12,384 nt of DNA from Candidatus Eiseniibacteriota bacterium. GTDB taxonomy: Bacteria; Eisenbacteria; RBG-16-71-46; DASYSL01. This document shows positions 7,368 to 12,384 of the stretch, one piece after another; positions within the stretch are counted from its first letter, which is position 1, and each line of letters opens with the position of its first letter. The notes under the pieces are model-generated. The model saw nothing but the letters and a program-made list of their open reading frames with translations, searched no databases and was not told the origin of the DNA. The stretch is from assembly GCA_031431875.1 (NCBI GenBank), contig JANPEF010000101.1:1-12384 (forward strand), written 5' to 3'. Position numbers and translations under genes: made by a program.

Positions 7368-8414
7368 ATGAACGTCCGTCGCCGGCTCCGTGACCTCGTC
7401 GTCCTCGCCTCCTCCGAGCACGATGACCCCGCCCCGATCCTCGAGTACGTGCGCACGGCGGGCCGCGACCTCGGCGCCCGGGTGATTCCCATCAAGAACG
7501 GAGACCGCCCGGCGATCCTCCTGGCCTGGGGAACCCCGCGCCTCCTGTTCTCGGGCCACCTCGACACGGTCCCCCGCTCGGGGACGTGGAAAGCGAAGAC
7601 CGGGGCGATCCGGGGCGGCCGCATGTCCGGTCGCGGGACGACCGACATGAAGGCGGGCTGTGCGGCGATGCTCGCCGCCGCCGAGCGAGGCAAGGGTGCC
7701 GGCGACTTCGGCATCCTGTTCACCACCGATGAGGAGACGCACATGCAGGGCGCCGAGGCGGCGGTCGCCCGCGGGCTCCTGGCGCACACCGAGTTCGTGA
7801 TCGTGGGTGAGCCGACGTCCCTGCAGCCGAACCTCGGACAGAAGGGCATTCTCCAGCTCACGCTCTCGACTGCGGGAAAGAGCGGCCACGCCTCGATGCC
7901 GTGGTCGGGCGAGAACGCGATCGCCGGCATGGGCCGCCTGCTCGCCGCCCTGCGCCCGTTCGCCGGGGCGACCCGTGGCCGCGCGAAGACGATCACCGCG
8001 AGCCCGGACCAGATCGAGGGCGGCGTGGCGATGAACGTGATCGCCGACCGCTGCACGCTCGGGCTCGATGTCCGCTACGCGCCCAGGCTGGGCGAAGCCG
8101 CAGCGAAGCGCCGGCTCGAGGCTGCGCTCAAGGGCGCCGGCGTGCCGTATCGCGTGGAGATCGTGCACCGCCTCCCGCCGGTGACCTCCAAGCCGCACCC
8201 ACTGGCGCGGCGGCTGAGGACCATGGCGCAACGACCGTTCGGCTTCTGCGACTTCGGAACCGAGGCGGCGTGCTTCGCGCCGGTGGGCGCGGCATTCGTG
8301 GTGATGGGCCCGGGCGAGCCGCAGCACTGCCACGTCACCGACGAATCCGTGGACTTGGCCGCCGTCGATCGCGCAGCCGAGATCTATACCGCGGCGATCA
8401 CCACGCGGTCGTGA
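7368..8414 (+). CDS. M20/M25/M40-family metallo-amidohydrolase (ArgE/DapE-like)
   Basis: SGHLDTVP, GRGTTDMKAG, TTDEE, VGEPT, GHASMPWSGENAI, GGVAMNVI, GTEA and GPG..CHVTDE. Start taken at ATG 7368 (348 aa), because the track's 7173 start overlaps the divergent lipoprotein gene. Confidence 0.9.
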   Translation: MNVRRRLRDLVVLASSEHDDPAPILEYVRTAGRDLGARVIPIKNGDRPAILLAWGTPRLLFSGHLDTVPRSGTWKAKTGAIRGGRMSGRGTTDMKAGCAAMLAAAERGKGAGDFGILFTTDEETHMQGAEAAVARGLLAHTEFVIVGEPTSLQPNLGQKGILQLTLSTAGKSGHASMPWSGENAIAGMGRLLAALRPFAGATRGRAKTITASPDQIEGGVAMNVIADRCTLGLDVRYAPRLGEAAAKRRLEAALKGAGVPYRVEIVHRLPPVTSKPHPLARRLRTMAQRPFGFCDFGTEAACFAPVGAAFVVMGPGEPQHCHVTDESVDLAAVDRAAEIYTAAITTRS

Positions 8415-9252
8415 TGTCGAGCAGGCCGTTCGAGCGGGCGCGCCGCTCGAGCAGCGCGAACACCACGAAGCCGCCCACGACCCACGCCGCGGTCACGGCC
8501 AGCAGGATCGCACCCAGCGCCGCGTCGCCCGGCTGGGCCAGCAGTGGGGAGAAGCCGCGCACGCCGAGAATGCGCCGCGACGCCTCGAGCCACCACGTCA
8601 TGGGGAGCGCCAACGCGACGGGGTGCAACAGCCGCGGCATCAGGTCGGGCGGGAACACCACGCCGCACAGCAGGTAGAGCACGGACGCGGTTGCCTCGTT
8701 CATGGTCATGCTCTGGCGGGCGAAGACCAGCGCGCAGCCGGCCAGCACCAGGCCGACCGCGGCCACGCCGGCGGCCCCCACCAGCGTCACGCCCAGGCCC
8801 AGCGCCACCGACTGCAGCGTGAACGGAAAGCGCATCCCGAGCGCGCCCACACCGAAGCCCAGGACGACGGTCGCCGACACGGTTGCCAGAACGAACTTCG
8901 CCCACGAGCGGCCGAGCAGGTAGGAAACGAGCCCCATCGGCGCCACTGCGACGTACTTGAGCATGCGGTACTGCTCGCGATCCTCGAAGATCGCCCACGA
9001 CAGACCGACGAGCAGGAGCAGCACGTAGGTGTAGAGCGCGTTGCCCACGTACAGCGCGACGAACCGCGGATCCGTCGTCGCCCCGCCGATCACGACCTTG
9101 AACATGACGAGCAGGATCAGCGACGTCGCCAGCGGCCGCGCCAGCGCGTAGACCAGGAAGACGAGCGGGTCGGACCAATTCGACTCGATCTGGAAACCGA
9201 GGTGCGCCGCGGCCCGCACGGGGCGCAATCGTTCCTCGAGACGCAGGGCCAT
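8398..9252 (-). CDS. ABC-2-type exporter permease subunit
   Basis: 284 aa from ATG 9252 (MALRLEER, SD GGAGGGGAG). About 6 hydrophobic segments, with EDREQYRMLKYVAVAP, GVVFPPDLMP and LPMTWWLEASR, typical of ABC-2 membrane domains. Confidence 0.88.
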   Translation of the reverse strand: MALRLEERLRPVRAAAHLGFQIESNWSDPLVFLVYALARPLATSLILLVMFKVVIGGATTDPRFVALYVGNALYTYVLLLLVGLSWAIFEDREQYRMLKYVAVAPMGLVSYLLGRSWAKFVLATVSATVVLGFGVGALGMRFPFTLQSVALGLGVTLVGAAGVAAVGLVLAGCALVFARQSMTMNEATASVLYLLCGVVFPPDLMPRLLHPVALALPMTWWLEASRRILGVRGFSPLLAQPGDAALGAILLAVTAAWVVGGFVVFALLERRARSNGLLDITTAW

Positions 9253-9263
9253 GATCTCCCCTC

Positions 9264-10109
9264 CTACTGGTGGCGCAGGATGAGCGCGCCGGTCCGCTTG
9301 CCGATCCGCTCCGAGCGCGCGAGCAGCCACACGGCGAGCCCCAGGTTGACCGGCAGCGACGCGGCGAGCAGCGCCACCTCCGTGCCGACGGGCAGAAGCC
9401 CGCGGGCGAGCACCGGTCCGAGCACGAGCTGGCGCATGGCATCGAGGCCGATCGCCAGCGGCAGCGTCGAGATGGCGGCGAATCCCCACGGTCCCAGCGC
9501 CTTGAGCGGGAAGTACAACCCGTTCACCAGGTACATGGGCTCGGCCAGCGCGTTGCTGACGTGCCAGACTTCGCGTCCGTACATGAGGAACAGCGACGCA
9601 AGACACATGCCGAGCGCGTAGAGCGAGCCGAGCGTGAGCAGGAAGACGCCGAGCGCCAGCCACGGCTCGCCCGGCATGAGGTTGGTGCGGAACAGGAGCA
9701 CGCCCGCCACCAGCGACAGCCCGGCGCGCATCGAGGTCATGACCACCCCGCCGAGCGCCATCCCCGCAAGGATCGCCATGCGCGAGCACGGCGCGACGAG
9801 GTAGAACTCGAGGTTCCCCTCCTGCTTCTCGAAGAACCACTGCGTCCCCATCGACCACAGCACCGCGAGCCAGTACGCCATCATGACCCCGCCCATGACG
9901 ACGAAGGTCTCGAACTCGCGCGGCGCACCGAGCGCCCGGTAGACGTAGACGTAGGCGAACATGCCGAGCACCGGCATGATGGTCTCGAACAGGATCCACG
10001 ACGGCTCGCGCGAGGCGGCGAAGATGCGGACGTAGGCCCGCGCCCACGCCGCCCGCAGGTTGGTGCGCAGCGGCTCGAGGCGATCCTCGGCGAAGCGGTC
10101 GCGGTTCAT
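9264..10109 (-). CDS. ABC-2-type exporter permease subunit
   Basis: 281 aa from ATG 10109 (MNRDRF), in an ATGA overlap with the ATPase stop. EKQEGNLEFYLVAPCSR, GLYFPLKAL, LPLAIGLDAMRQL; about 6 transmembrane segments. Confidence 0.88.
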   Translation of the reverse strand: MNRDRFAEDRLEPLRTNLRAAWARAYVRIFAASREPSWILFETIMPVLGMFAYVYVYRALGAPREFETFVVMGGVMMAYWLAVLWSMGTQWFFEKQEGNLEFYLVAPCSRMAILAGMALGGVVMTSMRAGLSLVAGVLLFRTNLMPGEPWLALGVFLLTLGSLYALGMCLASLFLMYGREVWHVSNALAEPMYLVNGLYFPLKALGPWGFAAISTLPLAIGLDAMRQLVLGPVLARGLLPVGTEVALLAASLPVNLGLAVWLLARSERIGKRTGALILRHQ

Positions 10110-11200
10110 GCACCCTCCGCGCGACGCTTCGCCTCGTCCGCCTCGATCTCCTCGAGGCCGCGGCCGACGATCGCCACGAACACGTCCTCGAGCGACGGGT
10201 CGTGCGTCGACAGGTTGTGGATCGTGCGGCCCTCGACACCGAGCACGTCGAGCGCGCCGCGCAAGGCCTTTCCGTCGGCCACCGCCAGGTGCACGCCGAA
10301 CGTACCGCGCTCTCCCGGCGGCGTGGTGCGCAGCAGGCGGACGCCGGGCACGCGGGCGAGCGCATCCACCGGCGTGCCGGTCTCGAGCTCGATGACCACG
10401 CGCCGGTCGGCCGACACGCGCGCGCGCAGCCCCTGCGGCGTGTCGGTGGCGAGGATCTTCCCGCGATCGATGATCGCGATGCGATCGCACAGTTCGTCGG
10501 CCTCGGCCATGTAGTGCGTGGTGAGGACGACGGTGCGCGTGCGGTCGGCCGCCATCCACTCGCGGAGGAAGCCGCGGATGTTGCGCGCCGACTCCACGTC
10601 GAGGCCCAGCGTCGGCTCGTCGAGGAACACGATCGCGGGATCCGAGACGAAGCCGCGCGCGAAATTGAGGCGCTGCTTGAAGCCGGTCGACAGGCGGTTC
10701 ACCCGCTCGTCGGCCTTCTCGCGCAGGCCCAGGCGATCGAGCAGTTCCTCGCCGCGCTCGCGCGCCAACTTCGACGGCACGCCGTAGAACTGCGAGAACA
10801 TCCACAGCGACTCACGCACCGTGAGGATGCCGTAGCCCGCGTTGTCGCCGCCCGAGACCAGGCTGATGCGGCGGCGGACGTCGCGCGGTTTCGCGATCGC
10901 GTCGAAACCGGCCACGCGCACCTCTCCGGTGGTCGGGAACAGGAGCGTGGTCAGGATCTTCATCGTCGTCGTCTTGCCGGCGCCATTGGGGCCGAGCACA
11001 CCGAACAGTTCTCCGCGACCGATGCCCAGGTCCACGCCCGAGAGCGCATGCACCGTCTTTGCGGAGCGGCCGCGCCCGCTGACGAACGAGCGCGTCAGGC
11101 CGCTCGCCCACACCGCCGCACCGTCGCGCGACAGGTCGAGCGTCTCCGGCGCCGTCGTCACCCGCTGCGGAGTCGCTTCATGCATCACGTCGAGATCCAC
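10106..11200 (-). CDS. ABC exporter ATP-binding subunit (DrrA/NodI-like)
   Basis: Walker A GPNGAGKTT, signature LSTGFKQR, Walker B IVFLDEP, H-loop TTHYM, C-terminal PSLEDVFV. Start taken at GTG 11200 behind GGGAGG; the track's 11275 start lies inside the terminator stem. Confidence 0.93.
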   Translation of the reverse strand: MDLDVMHEATPQRVTTAPETLDLSRDGAAVWASGLTRSFVSGRGRSAKTVHALSGVDLGIGRGELFGVLGPNGAGKTTTMKILTTLLFPTTGEVRVAGFDAIAKPRDVRRRISLVSGGDNAGYGILTVRESLWMFSQFYGVPSKLARERGEELLDRLGLREKADERVNRLSTGFKQRLNFARGFVSDPAIVFLDEPTLGLDVESARNIRGFLREWMAADRTRTVVLTTHYMAEADELCDRIAIIDRGKILATDTPQGLRARVSADRRVVIELETGTPVDALARVPGVRLLRTTPPGERGTFGVHLAVADGKALRGALDVLGVEGRTIHNLSTHDPSLEDVFVAIVGRGLEEIEADEAKRRAEGA

Positions 11201-11257
11201 GTTGCCTCCCTGCGGGGCGGCCCGTCGCCGCCCGACTTCGCCCCCTCGGGGCCAGCC

Positions 11258-11298
11258 AAAAAGAACACGCGCCACGGGGCGAAACCCCGCGGCGCGTG
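11258..11298 (-). terminator. Intrinsic terminator / attenuator hairpin upstream of the ABC operon
   Basis: Minus-strand RNA CACGCGCCGCGGGG-UUUCG-CCCCGUGGCGCGUG-UUCUUUUU: a 14-bp stem followed by a U-tract. The single non-Watson-Crick pair is a G-U wobble only in this orientation. Confidence 0.85.
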
Positions 11299-11323
11299 CG
11301 CGCTTCCGAGATCGAGCCCAGGA

Positions 11324-11380
11324 TCAGGGGTGGAGACGAAGGGCGCCCCCTGCCGCCACGTTGTCGTTCCGCTGGATCAT
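11324..11380 (-). CDS. Putative 18-aa leader peptide MIQRNDNVAAGGALRLHP
   Basis: GGAGG SD, 7 nt, ATG (11380), 18 codons, then CCC-TGA. It lies between the predicted promoter and the terminator. Confidence 0.6.
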   Translation of the reverse strand: MIQRNDNVAAGGALRLHP

Positions 11381-11436
11381 GGGACTGCCTCCGGATGGGG
11401 ACGAACTCAGGGTCGCGTCGGGCGCGACCGGGCGAA

Positions 11437-11466
11437 AACGTAACGCGCCGCGGGCGAGGCCGTCAA
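11437..11466 (-). promoter_or_regulatory. Putative sigma70 promoter for the leader/ABC operon
   Basis: Minus strand reads TTGACG (11466-11461), 18 bp, TACGTT (11442-11437). Confidence 0.6.
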
Positions 11467-11468
11467 GC

Positions 11469-11497
11469 GCCACCTTGCCGAATGCCACCTTGCCGAA
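11469..11497. repeat. Perfect 14-bp tandem direct repeat (period 15)
   Basis: gccaccttgccgaa at 11469-11482 and 11484-11497, separated by one t. It sits between the upstream gene's stop (11500) and the -35 box. Confidence 0.9.
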
Positions 11498-11499
11498 AC

Positions 11500-12384
11500 T
11501 CAGAGCAGGCGCACTGCTCCCTGGGGCACGAACCCGTGGACCTGGGTGCCGACGCGCACCGCGACCCAACCGTCGTGCGGTGGACCATCGAGCCAGACGG
11601 CGCGACCGGGCTCGAGTTCGATGTCGCCCCCGGCGCCGGGCGCCGTGGAGAGCGGCACCGTGGCGAGCACGACCGCGCGCCCCGGAGCCTCCCCCGCCGC
11701 ACCGCCCTGGCTCGCGTAGATGGCGAGCCCGAGCGCGGCGACGACGAGCGCACGGCCGATCCAGCGTCCCCACGGGCGGCGGCGTCCAGCGATAAAGACG
11801 AGGAGCGCGATGGTCACCAGGCCGCAGGAGGCGAACGCCAGCTCGCCGCTGGTCGTTCGCGCGCGGGCACCGTGGGGCAGGCCCTCCCACGCGCCCTCCT
11901 CGGCGAGCGCCTCAGCGAGCACAAGCACGCGGGGGTGGCGCGGATCGAGTCGACGGGCCCGCTCGGTCCACAGCGCCGCCTCGCCCAGCTTGCGCTGGTA
12001 GAGCGCAGCGAGCGCGAGGTCGATCGCCACGCCGGGTCGGTGAGCACCGTCGTTCCACGCCGTGACCAGCGTGCGCTGCGCCTCGAGGATGCGGCCGCCG
12101 CGCAGCGCCTGGCTGGCCTCGGCCATGTCCGTGCGCAGCTCGGCGTCGGGCGGATGCGAGGCGACGGCCAGCCCGCCCAGGCCCAGGAGAACGACCGCGC
12201 CACCGACGAGCAACCACGCCGCCATGCGCGCCGCGCGGGGCGCCCGTGTCCGCCCGGCGGCGCTCGCCGTCGTCCGCGCGATCGCGAGGAGCGCCACCAG
12301 CGGCGCTTCGACGGCATCCATCGCGGCGGCGGTCCCTTCGCCCGGCGCATAGCGCGCAGCTGCCACGCGCTCGCGCAGCGCCGC
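11500..12384 (-). CDS. C-terminal part of a BatD/BatE-like membrane protein (TM, TPR-like helices, 2 TM, SH3-like domain); 5' end outside the window
   Basis: The frame is open to the right edge (AALRERVAAARYAPG...). It shows an ARYAP helix like BatD C-termini, a TM segment, TPR-like DLALAALYQRKLGEAALWTERARRLDPRHP, two TM segments, and SH3b-like LEPGRAVWL..DGWVAVRV..VHGFVP. Confidence 0.6.
   Translation of the reverse strand, partial: AALRERVAAARYAPGEGTAAAMDAVEAPLVALLAIARTTASAAGRTRAPRAARMAAWLLVGGAVVLLGLGGLAVASHPPDAELRTDMAEASQALRGGRILEAQRTLVTAWNDGAHRPGVAIDLALAALYQRKLGEAALWTERARRLDPRHPRVLVLAEALAEEGAWEGLPHGARARTTSGELAFASCGLVTIALLVFIAGRRRPWGRWIGRALVVAALGLAIYASQGGAAGEAPGRAVVLATVPLSTAPGAGGDIELEPGRAVWLDGPPHDGWVAVRVGTQVHGFVPQGAVRLL

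Noticed and set aside
7368..8414. Assigning dapE or argE to the M20 enzyme
   Set aside because: The motifs are shared across the M20A family and there are no neighbouring lysine or arginine biosynthesis genes to discriminate.
8398..10805. 655-aa and 513-aa extended versions of the permeases suggesting fusions or frameshifts
   Set aside because: The N-terminal extensions are off-frame read-through of the upstream genes. Each permease has its own SD and ATG (9252, 10109).
11201..11430. Known riboswitch, T-box or tRNA in the ABC leader
   Set aside because: I could not recognise conserved motifs of any known riboswitch, T-box or tRNA cloverleaf by eye. An Rfam/Infernal scan is needed to exclude this formally.
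11469..11497. Tandem repeat as a CRISPR remnant or insertion target-site duplication
   Set aside because: Only two 14-bp copies with a 1-bp spacer, and no cas, transposase or integrase genes nearby.
11324..11890. 188-aa minus-strand ORF ending in the leader peptide
   Set aside because: Most of it overlaps the Bat-like gene out of frame and crosses the promoter. Only the last 18 codons have an SD and ATG.

Overview
Very GC-rich (roughly 70%+ by eye) bacterial chromosomal segment, mostly housekeeping genes and almost all on the minus strand. Reading in the direction of transcription (right to left): the 3' part of a BatD/BatE-like TPR+SH3 membrane protein; a 300-bp regulatory interval; a three-gene ABC-2-type exporter (ATPase + two permeases); a convergent plus-strand M20 amidohydrolase; a small lipoprotein; an HExxH hypothetical protein; a class II CCA/poly(A)-family nucleotidyltransferase with an HD domain; a cluster of polyprenyl synthase-rsfS-argS-PfkB kinase behind a near-consensus sigma70 promoter; and a conserved-looking hypothetical gene that the ORF track missed, which runs off the left edge. 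There are no mobile elements, CRISPR arrays or recognisable RNA genes. The most interesting unannotated structure is upstream of the ABC exporter: promoter -> SD-preceded 18-aa ORF ending Pro-UGA -> strong intrinsic terminator -> ABC ATPase. This is the layout of a leader-peptide attenuator, and a 14-bp tandem repeat sits just upstream of the -35 box. Two essential enzymes also show non-canonical catalytic motifs: ArgRS has NVVN in place of HIGH, and the CCA-family enzyme has LWD in place of DxD.
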